Shown in pieces: positions 25,817 to 38,965 of a stretch of 64,000 nucleotides of DNA. The stretch's first letter is position 1. Every line of letters starts with the position of its first letter. Below the pieces are notes generated by a model that made no database searches, was not told the origin of the DNA, and was given only the letters and a program-made list of their open reading frames with translations. Position numbers and translations under genes: made by a program. This DNA is from Spizellomyces punctatus DAOM BR117 (lineage: Eukaryota), in assembly GCA_000182565.2 (NCBI GenBank), contig KQ257456.1; one strand, 5' to 3'.

Positions 25817-26100
25817 TCTGAACGGCCGTTCGACATGCATTAGAAATTCTTGGTATTGTTGTTGAGTCAAGCATACTTTTGGACATGCGAATGTCCGGTG
25901 GCATACACCACCGACTTTCGGACGCCACCATCTGCCTTCATTGTGTAAATATTTCCCTGTTTTTCGTCGATGAATAAACTTGTTGAATGCATCAGATTCA
26001 CTTGGGCAAGATCAGATTGATATGTCTAATGGTCATGATATTAAATACAACACTTATGCTCAATATTACCACTACTCTCCACAACTGTAGTCCATGCCAT

Positions 26101-28020
26101 TCATTTTCCAGCTGGCGGCTGTTGACCAGGTGGCACTGGTGCTCCAGCGCCGTTAATGTAATCCCACAACTTCAATCCCTTGTTCTTGTTTTCCTCCATT
26201 TGCTTCTTGATAAACTCCTCCTGCTGCTTTTGCATGTCGTGCATCTGCTGGCTCATGGCCTCCGCGTCCTTGATAGCCAATTCCCTTTCTTCCCTCGCAA
26301 TAGCCTCGATCTGATCGATCACATTCATTACTTGTGATTGCTGCTGCTGTGACGCCCCTCCACCCAAGAGAGTTGAAATCCAAGAGCGGGAGGGTTTTGC
26401 TGGTCCTTGTTGTTCTGCTTGCCGCTTCGCAAACTCTTCACGCATAGTTTGCTTGTATGTAGTCCATGCAGCAGCAATGTCATTGGGGTTGATAGTGTTG
26501 ACAATGTTCAAGATTGGTCGAACATCTTCGATGCCGTAGACCGTCATAAATACGTAAAGCTCTGCCAGAGATCACGGATTGAAATCAGCTTGGCGAATCA
26601 AAACTCTCGAAGTCTCTTCCAACCACCCACCTTCGAAGAATGTTTCAAGCTTCCTCAACTCCTTATCAGTTCGCTCACCCTTCCAAGGCTTCAGCTGCAG
26701 TCCATTCTCCGGCTGAAGCTTGTATGATTCGGGATGTATGTCCAAAATTATCGTCTTGCCCAAGTCCCGGTTCAATTGGCTCAAATCTTTAACATAGGTT
26801 CCATCAACCAGTTTGGTGTGATCTCGATAGAGACGGTACATAGCGTAGAAGAAATGTGGATCGAGAGCCTGACATACCGGTTCGGCCAACTGCAAGGATG
26901 ATGACAGGTCAGAATTTACGGTGTGAGACGGTCACCACTACTTATACATACGTAGCCAGGGGAGTTTGTAAATATGACCACCTCGTAGTATCGGCTAAGA
27001 TTCGCAAGGAATTGCTTCACTCCAGGACGCGTTGCTACACGCCAGCCCACAGCTTTCTGCATGACGCCGAAGATGAAACGCGTCAGAGACTAGTAACAGT
27101 GCAAATACCCAAGCATCTTTGTTTGCTGTCGCACTTACATCCCACTCCAGGTGTACCAAGGCTTCATTAAGTTCAATACAAAGTGTCAACGGACGCTGAT
27201 ATGGCACAGGCAGTGGATCTGGTAGCAACTTTTCTAGAGCAGGACTAGTGATATCCTGTATGTAACACAATGATGAGTTGTGCTGCTAGTATGAATGATG
27301 GAAGGCAGAAATGCTTACCGAACGCCACTTCTTCAGATTCGCCCATGCTCTTGAGTTGTGCGCCGCTAAAAGGCTTTCTCCCTCCTCGCGCTTCTGGTCT
27401 TCATCTGGTAGCCCTATTGACATGCCATAATACAGCGTTTAGAAAGGCACAACCTTTACAAAATTCGGAGCACACATACCAAGGTAAATATAACCTGCTA
27501 ATCCAACTAAAAAAGCCGATCCAAGGAATACTCTCCCGCTCTTGATCATTTGTTTCTTTTCCTCCTCTTCGGCCGCCTCTCTCCACTTACGCAAGCGCTC
27601 TGCTTCCGCCGGATCGACAGCAGCGTCCTCTGTAGCTTCTGCATCTGTTTGCTCACCAGCTGCAGCTTTTCGGTTTTCAGCATCCCTCCGTTTCTGGTTT
27701 GCCATTGCCTGAGCGAACAAGTCTAATCCCTGTGCATCGGCTGTATCATCTTCAACAGAATCTGAAGGTTTCTGTTTCTCTGTAGCCTGTTTTTTGTCCT
27801 GGGCGTTCTCGGCATTAGGGGCTTTTATCCGGATGCCGGCACTTTGTGACAAAAGGGAAGGTGACAGTGCAGGGAATCGGCGGTTGGAACGGATAAAACA
27901 TGATAAAGTCGATGGAGCGGCCACATGCCGTGCGGAAAGGGAGGAGAAGGCTGCAGAGTGGCTCGCGGTCTTTGTTGCCGTCTGCAAGACGTTTCTCGCT
28001 ATGGAAGTGAAGAATGACAT
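26101..28020 (-). CDS. TIM50: Mitochondrial import subunit Tim50 (NIF/FCP1-like domain)
   Basis: Presequence, one TM helix, [47 protein letters not shown]. Confidence 0.93.
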
Positions 28021-28688
28021 GCCCCAACTCCTATATTACAAAAATGCAGAGAATGAAAGGTAACAGAGTATACGGAGAGACGAGCAGGTGGAAATGTCGT
28101 CCTTCTGTTGCCCTGCTTGCGCAGTTTGCCGTTTGCAGCTCGTAAACCCCGTCCTAATGCCAAACGAGCAGCTCGGAGCTGCAATGTTGTTGAAGGTTGT
28201 TAGGTTACTTTATTCCATGACTGTGCATGTAACCATGATCGTGATGCGTCATCAGGTCGTTCAAGCCACAATCACTTGAAGTTCAACTGTCCGACGACAT
28301 CTCTGCCTTTAAAAGGTTTATTCAAAAGCAAATGGAACGATAATGCATGGGAGTAACGGGCCAAAGTGAAGAAAGAGATGCTGAAAGGAAGGAGCTCCGA
28401 TCCATATTAATGAGTACAGGAAAATGCCGTGTCAAGTCGTCCTTGGTGTCTTTGTTTTCCCCTTTTGACAAAGCAGACGACGGAGGAAAGAGGTTCTTCT
28501 GAAAGCCAGCAAGACGGCTTAATGTACTATATAGTCTTCCCGGGGGATGAACACAGGCGCAAGACGATGCTTGCAATTTTGGGCACTTGAATGGGTATCT
28601 GGCGTGATGAGTCATCATCCGACGCCTGTCTTCACCTCGCGGTTTACCTGTAACCACCAGCAGCAGTATTCCATCAAACACTAGCGTC

Positions 28689-29583
28689 ATGTCGAGATCC
28701 TCCTACACCTTTCCCTCCATACACGACTTTCCTCCATTTTACACGTATGGCGTTCATAGTCTTTCCACTGGCGCGTCACGTAGCTCATGGGGTATATATA
28801 GACTCCAACCTACAGCCGCAACCCAGCAAAAACAAATTCAATTGTGGTGTGACATACTTCTAGCATATTGCGCTGCAACGCGAACGTTTTCTATAGACTT
28901 GGGCGAGATAAAAGGAGCTGGTGCGAAGCCCAAAGGAGCCGCGGAGGTGTTTGTTAATGAGCGATTGCGACGTGAGTTTCCTGCCGAGGGACTATACGTC
29001 CGTGCATGAAAGGCTGACTGGTAAACCCTTATCCTGGTGGCTTGTGCAGGAAGTCTGAACCGAGAGGGTATACAGACCATCATTGATGCTCTGGTAAATC
29101 AAGGTATGCAATTATATCGAATTGATGTGTATCCCTTTGCTTCCTTACTTACCTGCATGCATTTTCGTGCATGTAAGGACATGCCGAGTGGGAAAGCTCG
29201 GCAAAAGAGCGATGTATTGTGCTATGGCGAAAGCCAGAAGAATGGGCGTCGCTTATATACAAATGGGTTGGTGTAGTTGAGCGCGATGCTGTACGATTCC
29301 ACTTGTTTAGCTCGCGTTTTCCAATTCAGGCATTTGATACGGGCAGTACCAACTCCATCTGTACGGTATATGAGTTAATTCATGGGGAGGGTACGGAAGG
29401 GCAAGGTAGGAATGTATGGCAGTCTAATTGTACAGCGTGATTCTCATCAAAAGTTGGTGGATAGATTTTCATGATTTGGATGAGCGAACGATGATTAAAG
29501 CCTTGGAGGCCCTCTCGAAAACAGGCAAAGCGCAGCTGTTCACAGGAGCGAGCCATAGTGAAATGGGCGTGAAATTCTTTTGA
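28689..29583 (+). CDS. VPS25: ESCRT-II subunit Vps25
   Basis: FPSIHDFPPFYTLQPT, WRKPEEWASLIYKW, CTVYELIHG, GVKFF*. Confidence 0.95.
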
Positions 29584-29725
29584 TAAGTCGAGATTCTTTG
29601 TGTTCTACTATATCTATTAATGACTATGAAAACAAAGCCGCACTTCCCCTACCGGAAAGCCTACTGGTACCGAATTAACTAAATTTTAGAGTACATTCAT
29701 TCCTTCCATCAGATACCATCATCCG

Positions 29726-31101
29726 TCATCGCGCCAGAATTCCGTCTCTCACCGCCACTGCCCTGAATTTCCTCCATAACTCGTCCATTTCCCGACGGAC
29801 CGATCTTACTGCCTTTGAATCTTCTGCTGCTAATGTTAGCTCGCGGACATAGCGACGTCCGAGGGGTGATATGTCCGCATGGTAAAGCTTAGTCGGATCC
29901 AGGGCGGTAGGATTCTCCACTTCACATGCCAGATAAAAGGCGGAGGTGGCGCCATTGCGAGGTGTTATATTACATCCAGATATGAAGAGAAAGCGCATCT
30001 GTGTAAGGTGACGGCATTACTAAGTGTTCTACCAGGGCTTAAGTGTGAGCCTTGCTACTACGATCAGCTGGGACCTACCAGGTATAAAACACCAACCCAA
30101 CAGGCGGCAATGATCCAACCTTGATCAAGCAAGCCGGTAAAGCAATTTCCAGGGCTGACTACGAATGAGTAAATATTTCGTTGTTTAAGCTCATCATGCA
30201 TATCAATCGCAAGAAGTTCGCAAAGACGCTTGGAGGATTCATAGGGATGGTCTCCGCGAACGCATTGGAAATCGGCCGCTGTAAAGAACTCTGGGCTTGC
30301 GGTAGTGGAACTGAACCAAAGGATACGAGGACATGGTGATCCACGCATGGATTCTTCGAGTTCCTTGATCTTTTTAGTCGTACGAGCTGGACGTTACCAA
30401 TGGTCCCTTATATTCCATCATGAGCAAACCTACCATGATGTAATGGCCAAAAACATTCGCGGCAAACACTTCTCCCAGTCCTTCGGCGGTAACAGTTCCT
30501 TGTCGTTGAGAAAAGAAGTCACCTCCTGTTTTCGCGACATACGCGGGTCGGGTGAACAGGTTTTTGAGGCCCTCTTTGATGTTCATGTGATCACAAGGGA
30601 GAATTCCTGCATTGAGGATAAGGTAGTCGAGGCGGGAAAATCTGCAGACAGACATTAGAGGCAGAGTGAGGTTTGCTTCAACGTGTACTGTGGTTCAGGG
30701 AACTCGTCGATGTTGGGGACGCACCTACGCTTAAACTCCTCACAGGCTCCGAAAACACTCTTGGTCGATGATAGATCTACAATCAAGATTTGCAATGCAC
30801 TTTCCGCCATCATTGCTTTCTCCTTCATATCTTTCGAAGCATACTGAGCCAAAAGTTTGGCCCGCGCTGCTTCTGCTCTAGACCTATTCCGACAGGCCAT
30901 GACAATCGTCAACGGTTCATTTCGCGGGTCGAGAGCATGCTCCAAAAGTCGCTGCACTATGCCGTACCCTACACCGCTAGAAAGCTCGCTTAACAGGCAA
31001 TTTCTTGTTCAAAGTTCAGAACGGTTCACGTACCTGTTGGCACCAGTGACGATTGCCACTCTGGACGAGGTTGGCACTGAATGACTTTCGGCAGTCAGCA
31101 T
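29726..31101 (-). CDS. ERG27: 3-keto-steroid reductase
   Basis: VAIVTGANSGVGYGI, LTIVMACRN, ILNAG, GEVFAANVFGHY, WFSS, PYESSKR. Confidence 0.9.
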
Positions 31102-31325
31102 GGCGAACTAGATTTTGCTGCTAATGAAGAAGGGGCAAACGGTCCCAAGCTGCTCTCGAGTCCTTCCTTCCCACTCGCTCGGTGCCCTCCGTTGCGCGAA
31201 AACATGGTGCGAGCGTCAGTTTGCAGGTCGTTCGATGCAGGTCAACCTCAGTTAACGCGTGTAGTGACCAGCCAATCAAGTCACTTTGTATGTTGTTTGC
31301 GGTACAGTGATTGGGCCACATTTGC

Positions 31326-31333
31326 ATCACGTG
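31326..31333. promoter_or_regulatory. ATCACGTG E-box in the ERG27 / MAK11 divergent promoter
   Basis: Recurrent motif; function is inferred. Confidence 0.45.
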
Positions 31334-31413
31334 CATACTTCTTTTTGGAAATTGCATCATTAGCAAACCCGTCTGGGGACGATATCCATTTCTTTCCAGC
31401 AACCCTTCACAAA

Positions 31414-32799
31414 ATGACACAAGAACAGTACGAGTTTCGAATTATCTTTGGAACATACGAGCGTCTTCTCTACGGGCTAGATGTGCACCCGGCTGCAGCG
31501 TCTGGTGATGCGCAGAGCGTCTTTACAGTGACGCCAGTCTTCATTTATCCTGCCCACATATCGTGCATCAAGGCCGTGGCCACTAGTTCACGGTTCCTAG
31601 CAACAGGTTCTACTGACGAGCACGTCAAGTTGTATGATCTTCGCCTCCGAAAAGAAGTGGGAACTCTCATGCACCATTCTGGCTCAATAACCTGTTTGCG
31701 ATTCTTCAAGAAGTCACACCTTATAACAGCGTCGGAGGACGGGACGATAGCCATCGTTAGAACACAGGATTGGGAAGTGTTGAAAACATTGGCTGGTCAC
31801 AAGCGCGCGATAAATTGGGTCGATGTACATCCTTCGGGAAAGGTGCTATTGAGTGTTGGTGGAGATGGAACACTAAAGTGTTGGGACTTGGCTCGCGGAA
31901 CCTGCACGTACTCTATGCGTCTACCTAAAGTGGCTGAACGAGTGTGTTGGAGCCCTTCTGGGCAACTGTATGCTGTCCTAATGAATAACTTGGTACAAAT
32001 TCATGCCGTCTCTGATGGTGAAGTGGTCGGAAACCTCGAAGGGATCGGAAGGATCAATGCTATCGCTTTTTGTAGCATGGAAGGCGTGGATGAGGAACAT
32101 CAGTCTAGGGAAGTTCTGGTGACTGGTGGGGAGGACAGATCTATTGGTGTATGGGCCCAAGACGGAGAGCGTATTTTGCGATGGAACACGCAACATGGAA
32201 ATCGCATAAAGGATTTGGATGTATACGTCAAGGAAGGCAAGCCGACCATTGTTGTTTCGTGCTCATCGGATGGAGGTATCAAGGTGTGGGACTTGACGGA
32301 CGTAGCCCATCAATTGAAGACAAGCCATTCCACTGAGAGTGCCGTGCCGGCTGATGGAAAACCGGTCAAGGTTGTTTTGCCGCAAGCAACCCCGCAAGCT
32401 GATTATAATGCGAAATGTCGCCTAACGTGCATAGCCGTTACTGGTCCATGTGATACCTCATCGAAAGGAAAACGAGGGGATATTGCTCACGGGGCGGATG
32501 AGGCAAATGAAGACGAGGTCGCTGCTGATCGATCAGAGTTCGAATCAGATTATGAAGATCCTGCTGGTAAAGCGACGATCTCCGTATCTTTTGAAGAGGA
32601 GGGAGAGACCACTGTAGAGGAGAAGCCGTCGACGCCTGCCCCTACAATAGCCAAGAAGAAACGAAAAGCGACTGCTGATGGGAATCAATCTGCAGGCAAG
32701 CGACAGGCAGGATCTGGTCCCATAATAAAAAAAGGCAAGGGAAAGCAGGCGGCATTAAACAAATTCAGGAAGCGTTCTGTAAATAATTCAAGCAAATAG
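31414..32799 (+). CDS. MAK11: WD40 60S biogenesis factor Mak11/PAK1IP1; intronless
   Basis: RIIFGTYERLLYG, LATGSTDEHVKLYDL, VHPSGKVLLSVG, HGNRIKD, CRLTC, basic tail. The true start is probably 31414, not 31081. Confidence 0.92.
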   Translation: MTQEQYEFRIIFGTYERLLYGLDVHPAAASGDAQSVFTVTPVFIYPAHISCIKAVATSSRFLATGSTDEHVKLYDLRLRKEVGTLMHHSGSITCLRFFKKSHLITASEDGTIAIVRTQDWEVLKTLAGHKRAINWVDVHPSGKVLLSVGGDGTLKCWDLARGTCTYSMRLPKVAERVCWSPSGQLYAVLMNNLVQIHAVSDGEVVGNLEGIGRINAIAFCSMEGVDEEHQSREVLVTGGEDRSIGVWAQDGERILRWNTQHGNRIKDLDVYVKEGKPTIVVSCSSDGGIKVWDLTDVAHQLKTSHSTESAVPADGKPVKVVLPQATPQADYNAKCRLTCIAVTGPCDTSSKGKRGDIAHGADEANEDEVAADRSEFESDYEDPAGKATISVSFEEEGETTVEEKPSTPAPTIAKKKRKATADGNQSAGKRQAGSGPIIKKGKGKQAALNKFRKRSVNNSSK

Positions 32800-33540
32800 T
32801 GCATTATCATTCTACCATTATATTTATGTACGATAATATTTTCATCATGTTAACATCATCCCATATGCTGCTATGGCAAAAACGCGGTCGTTTGTTCGGA
32901 GGGCCAGCTCTCCGTCTTGCCCAATCATGTGCGCGTCAAGACGAAATGAAAGAAATGAAACTCCAATTGCCATTCATGCACTGCCCCTTCAATTATACCA
33001 TTTATGGTAAATAACTATATTCATTTATCCTTATATGGTAATAGCATCATCAAACCGCTTTTGACTTAAAGTAGTTCCCCCCCCTCCCTCGCTCGCCTTC
33101 TTCCTGCCGAGTAGCACTTTTTTCTTCACGGACGTCCTTGTCCGTCATTGCAGCATCTGCATCTGGCGAACAAGTTGCTCCTCGTAGCTGGTAGATACGG
33201 GGATACCAAGGTGTGTTGGAAACATTGGTTTTATGCTGTTATGGCTAGTTGACCTGACCAGTTCTCTACGCAGTGTGCGTTTTCAGAAATCACCAAACTA
33301 GCCTAGCTCTAGGTGAAAGCGAGGTTCTGGGCACAAAGAAAGAGAAGCGGTGATCCTCCGGGCCTGGACATTGCTCGGAGATTTTTATGGTTCAGTATCA
33401 TCTTGAAAGTGCCGAGCTGAATACAAAAAGCAAAGTACGTGAAAAACAGCGTATCTGGTGCGGACTTTACTACGCGCTTTGCGGTATGCTCCTTGGTGAC
33501 CGTTTCTCACTCCGTTGGGCTTATAGGAAACAAGATCAAG

Positions 33541-34959
33541 ATGACAGACACCATCGCCAATCAACCAAATGACGGCCAAGTGCTGGCTATGGCAACGCTT
33601 GCTCCACCTGGTGTTGCTCATATGGCGCTGAATCCAGCGCAACCATCTCCTTTACCTCCTGCCCCTGGTTCGTCTTCGCTTTCAGATCCACAAACATCTG
33701 GCGCACCCGGGCAGCAAGGACAAAATCCACTTCTCATTCCAGTCTTACCGTTTGCCCTCCCACATTTATTCCCCCAATCCATGGCACAACCGGCTCCCAC
33801 TCCGGTGCGGTTACCTCCCATGAATGTAGAACCACCTCAAACGCCTGTCAGTCATCAACCACCGTCTCCAACCGGTGATGACTCCAGTCAGCAAGGCAGT
33901 CGCAACACGTACTTCAAAAAGTTGAATTGGGTCAATGCTTCCCCTCAACATTTTAGCACTGATGACGCATCTGTACTTGGAAAGAAAAGGCGACGACGCA
34001 CCTCGGCCATGGAACTGGAAGTTCTGGAGGCTCATTTTCGGAGAAACCCGCTTCCAAATGCATCGGAGCGTGAACAGCTTGCAAGGGAAACTGGAATGAC
34101 CGCGCGATGCGTTCAGGTTTGGTTTCAGAACAAACGTCAGAGCTTGAAAAAGAAGGTTGCTACGACAGAACGACGAAAGTCATCCATTCCTGATAGTCCG
34201 CTCAAGTGAGTACCATGCGGTATATGATTATATGTAGAGTGTGATACTGACAATCATCGCCTGCAACTTATCAGACAAGAGCCAAATGCATCGCTGGGCG
34301 CTGGCTCTGTGACTCCGAAGTTCTCTGTGACATCACCGTCAACGTCTACCAGTGTTCCCTTCCTCCCGATATTCCCAGGTTCTACTGGGTCGTCGTTGCC
34401 ACCTGGTGCTTCCTTGGCCTCCCTCTTCCAGAGACCGATCATGCTTCCACCTCAGCGTGCGCAAACACCTCGCCCTATCCGTCCGGCAGCTGGCGACGAA
34501 GGCCATGATATGGCAGCACTGGCTCTAGTAAATCTTTCTCAGTCCGGCCAAGCGTCACCTCCTGGTCCATCCTCTACTGCGACTGCGTCATCGCCCGTCC
34601 CAGGCCAAAGTGAAACCGAAGCCGATGGAGCAGTCTCCAATAGTGACGAAACTGCCACACCAGCAATTGAAGGGAAAAACCAAAATCTTGCACAATTCTC
34701 ACCGCCATCTCCGGTCAGCCCTACAAAGGGCAGCATGGTTAAGCAGGAGCAAGGAGCAGTAGGCAAAGTTAGTTTAGAGGCTCGCAATCTCTTTCCGCAA
34801 GCCGCCGAACCTCAGCCTCAGCCTCAGCCTCAACATCCCACCCCTCCATTGACACAGCACGATACCGATTCGCTTGAGAAACCTCAGCAGAACCCCGGCC
34901 ATATCACTGGTGCAGTGAGCCCGTCTGTCATTGAACCGGCCCAGACTGAACCAGTCTGA
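33541..34959 (+). CDS. Homeodomain transcription factor, Yox1/Yhp1-like, 2 coding exons
   Basis: KKRRRRTSAMELEVLEAHF..NPLP...VQVWFQNKRQ; intron ~34207-34273; probable 5'UTR intron ~33191-33273. Confidence 0.85.
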
Positions 34960-35262
34960 ATGAATATAGTTTCTTTTTACGACACTTGTTGACACAACGC
35001 TAGTTTGGGCATAATGTATAGAAAGTCTTAGTCGTAGGAGATGATGCGTCCTGCAGGTGGCAAAGGGTGTCTGAATACTGTTTGGCATCTGGTGCACTCG
35101 ACAGAAGCGTCGGAGTAATCATTTTTGTGTAAATAAAAAACCAGTTCAACACATGCTGATTCAACATACATCCACAATCCAAAGCAGAAAACAACATATA
35201 AAGCATTTTGCCAGTGTGAGACGCCGCTGGCATCATATCCAAATTGGTTCACAAGCAAATGC

Positions 35263-36396
35263 TCATTGACTGGCGTGAATTAACCTTGCTGCAGGAGTAC
35301 CTGCGGATTGCGCCAATCCATTTTTCACCGCCTTCGCTTCCTGCTTCGCATGTGTCCTCTGCCTATGTATTACCTCAGCATCTTCAGTCCTTTCATCGCG
35401 CTCTACTTCCTCAGCTGCCTTGGCTGTCTCCTTCTTTCCCAAATCTGAAGCTTTTGTCCTTGGCAAATCGGATGAAAGACCAAGCGTAAACGCAATACTC
35501 TCAACCGCAGCGTGTTGTCGTGCAGGTTTGCAAAAGTCCGGATCGGCAATCCGCCGATCTCGCTCTTCTTCCTCTGCTTGTCGCGCGCTCGCTCGATGAG
35601 CAACAGATGTTGCGCGGTTTGTCTCTGTTTCAATTCCTTGCCGAACTGCTGTAGCTTCTTGCAAGGCATGTTGTATATTGGGCTCAATCTCTGAGATCGA
35701 AGCGGTACGAGCGGCTCGCTCAGATTCTTCAGCGGCATGTACCATATTGAGAAGCACCTGGCATAACACCGGCGGAAGGGAGTTGTCATCAGTTTCAACT
35801 GACTCGAGACCTTCCCGAAAAGCTCTATGGATGAGTCGTCAGTACTGCTTAATAGGTTCCCAATACGTCTTACTGGTCTTACCTAGCCTCCTGATGAGCA
35901 TGCTCCAGAGCTGCGAATGCAATTTCTGCAGTAGTTGAAGTCCGTCTCTCCCGCTCTTCCTCTTCTGATTCACGCAGTGATTCTCGGCGTAGTATGCTAA
36001 ATGCCTTGTTGCCACCTTCAATACTGGCACGACGTACGCCGGCTACAAACGCCTTTATGAAAGCAGACAGCAACACTTATTATCAGATCACTGAAACAGA
36101 CATTAATACGCCTTATTCGAACCTTGGCCTCATCATGAGCATGCTCCACTTCATTGGGAGGGACAAAGCGCGCTGCGGCCAGTAACCGGTTACGACGGTC
36201 CCGCTCCGCTTCTTCAAGAGCCTTTACATCCCTTAGAGAGCTGTCGTGAATTCGAAGCTTTATCATGAACAAAGATATATTAAGTCTCGGCTGCTAAAGT
36301 GCACTATTGGCCTACGTGCAAGAAAATTAAAAAAGCACTGACCTCCACCCCCTCAGGAACAAGGGGCTGGCATCCATATGCAATCTCACCATCCAT
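35263..36396 (-). CDS. Unknown helical repeat protein with EExER motifs; 3' end uncertain
   Basis: Three ORF-track segments join by GT-AG introns; recurring EExERxRR and EHAHxEA motifs. Confidence 0.6.
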
Positions 36397-36662
36397 GGTT
36401 CGCGAGATGTTTCAAAATGTGATATCTTGCTTTAACTTGGTCTCTGAGTAGGTGTCCGTTTTGAAGGCCGGGTGTAAAGGCCGCTATGGTACGGGGGACA
36501 CCTGAGGGTCAGAAGCTCAGCTCCTTTTGACGCGACACGATGCCACGCTTCACGTAATCCCTAATGAGTCGGAACTTTGCTCGACCTGCACTGTGGCAAA
36601 TTACAAGCCATCTTCACATCCTTTTCTTCTTATTAATATTATAAAACTCGCTCGGCCACAAG

Positions 36663-38634
36663 ATGGATGATATTCTCGATAAGCTGAAAATCTTGAACTA
36701 CCACAGGGATTTCTGTAAACCGATGTAGGTGCGAACAAAGTTCTACTGTTTTGAGAATTTGCTGCTGGTGGATGCTAGGATGATGGGGATGAACGGTTCG
36801 GCATTTGTGGGATGAAAACTGCCTGGCTTTCAAACCTTACTTCGTCGTATCACTGGGGCTATAATCTGCACAGCAATCATTCTAACAAAAAATAAAGGAA
36901 TTTGAAACCTCTGCACCGCTTCTACTTCACCGTACCCGCCACAAATCCAAACGAACAGTTTTACTATTTCACATCCCTATTCACATGGCTTGTCAACCTC
37001 AACGGGGAGAGCTTCGAAGCTCCAGGCCAGTTCGACGACCCAAATGCTTCGGTAGCGAATATTGGTAAATAACCTACTAAAGTCAAAGTTACAGAAATAA
37101 GGATGCCAACACTGATCTTTCCCCCCATCTGCTCATCTACTTTGAAACAGCTGCAAAGCTCAAAGAAATGGACATTACTGTGGACTTGAGCCTCAATAAG
37201 ATCAAGCAAGGTCATGGAGAAGGAGTACTGACCGTTTTGCAAGCATTGGCGGACCGGGCCATACAGCAATCTGGGTTTGTGTTCCAACAGCCAATACATA
37301 AGACGGACGAGTAAGTACTTTAGAATGGATCTTAACGCAAGCATTTTTGTCTGACAGAATTATGGGAATATAGATATGCAGAGGAGGCGGACGTCGATGC
37401 GGAAGCCGAAGTCACTGCTGAAACGGTCGAAGAAGATTTGGCTGCACAAGATGACGAGGAAGAGATGTTTCTTCAACCCGTACAACGAACCGACAAAGCA
37501 GATCTCACCAGGTGGGTTCCTCGTGTCTGTGTTTCACTTGGGCTGTTCCTTGAATGAACACCTTAATTTTCATTATAGCCCACAGGCGCAAATTGACGTA
37601 CAACCTCCAAAACCGAAGATTGACCCTGCGGAATGGAAGCTTGAGGTGGAGCGGGTTACGCCAATGCTACGTGTGCAGATTGCCAATGATAACAAGGATT
37701 GGAGAATCCATGTTGAGAGCATGAAGCATCACCATAGCGTAAGTTATGTACTTGATCTAGTTGACCTCACACCAACACCGCCTTGACCATCGAATCCCCA
37801 TTTCATTAACGGACTTTAGACCATTACATCATCCATATCAGAAACTCAGAGTCAGCTCAACAAGCTACATGCTGACATTGAGAAAACACTTGAGAAAATA
37901 TCGAGTCGTGAAAAGTACATTAACACACAATTCGAGTCACAGGTAAGAGACTAAAACGTTGCGTGGAAAGCGGCTTTCCTTATGAAGCAAGTTGGCTTCT
38001 GCTCAAAATGCGTTTACCTTTAATTAGACAGAGGAATATCGTGTACTGCAAGATCAGCTTTCCGAACTTAAACAAAAGTACGGCGTTGCAAGTAGTAACG
38101 TGACTGAACTGACGAATGAGCTGTCAAGAATATCGGAGGAATTAGACAGTGTTAAGGTGCTCGTCTTCCTTTCATATGCTACGCCTTTTACAAAAATAAC
38201 TAAAAACGGCTTCGCAGTCGCAAATGGACGATATTGGAAGTGGGATGACTGATTCCAAACCCTTGGTGGCCATCAAGCAAGGTGTAGCGAAATTGAAGGT
38301 ACGATATGATTGGGAGTCATATTAGTCGTTCGAGTGCTTTGATATCTCTCTTAATTATGCTTCGCAGGCTGAAATCAAACAGATGGATTTGCGAGTCGGT
38401 GTGATACAACACACTTTGCTGCATGCAAAGGTAAGCACTTTCCTGCCATCTTCATCACTTCTCGCAAAGGAAAATCTTATTTTTGCGTTTCAAGCTCAAA
38501 ATTAAAGGGCCGATAGGACTAGCAGCAGAACCGCCAAACATGATGCAGGTCAGTGAACGATACCAACGTACGCTCCGTGCTCGATTGAATGATTTTAACA
38601 CTTTGATGTGTAGATGTTTGCGCTCGCGATATGA
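36663..38634 (+). CDS. IFT57: Intraflagellar transport protein 57
   Basis: LDKLKILNY, NPNEQFYYF, PGQFDDPNA, EWKLEVERVTP.L, KDWRIH, LEKISSREKYINTQF, EIKQMDLRVGV. Confidence 0.95.
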
Positions 38635-38965
38635 TATGTATGTATAATTTAATATCTAGAAGTTAGAGCGCATGGCTTTCATTGAAGACCTTCGGAGAAA
38701 CCGATAAGAGATCTCGTACTAGTCCGGCGCCGGCCATTGCCCAGGTTATGACATTGGCATGGATCGACAGGCAAGCCAATATATTGCATGGCACGTAAAG
38801 CTCATGCTCAGACAGGTGGGAGACATCTTAGGACGCAACCAAGGCTCTACCGCCTCTTGATATAGCCCTGCCCTAAAGGCTTGTTTTGGAAGTCATCGCC
38901 CATCCCCTTCTATTAAAAACCCAGATCCACATGCAAAAAGAGCAAACTAGTTACAATCCAGTGAA

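Noticed and set aside
29670..29728. ERG27 stop context TGA-CGG as possible readthrough
   Set aside because: The extension ends LKFS with no targeting signal, and there is no other support.
31081..31413. 111-aa N-terminal extension of MAK11 in the ORF track
   Set aside because: It overlaps the ERG27 start and the shared promoter; homology begins at MTQEQYEFRIIFG.
35028..35258. 76-aa minus-strand ORF with CxxC
   Set aside because: No ATG start and no convincing splice link; it lies between convergent 3' ends.
36480..36493. X-box (RFX)-like GCCGCTATGGTACG upstream of IFT57
   Set aside because: Both half-sites mismatch the GTTGCCATGGCAAC consensus.
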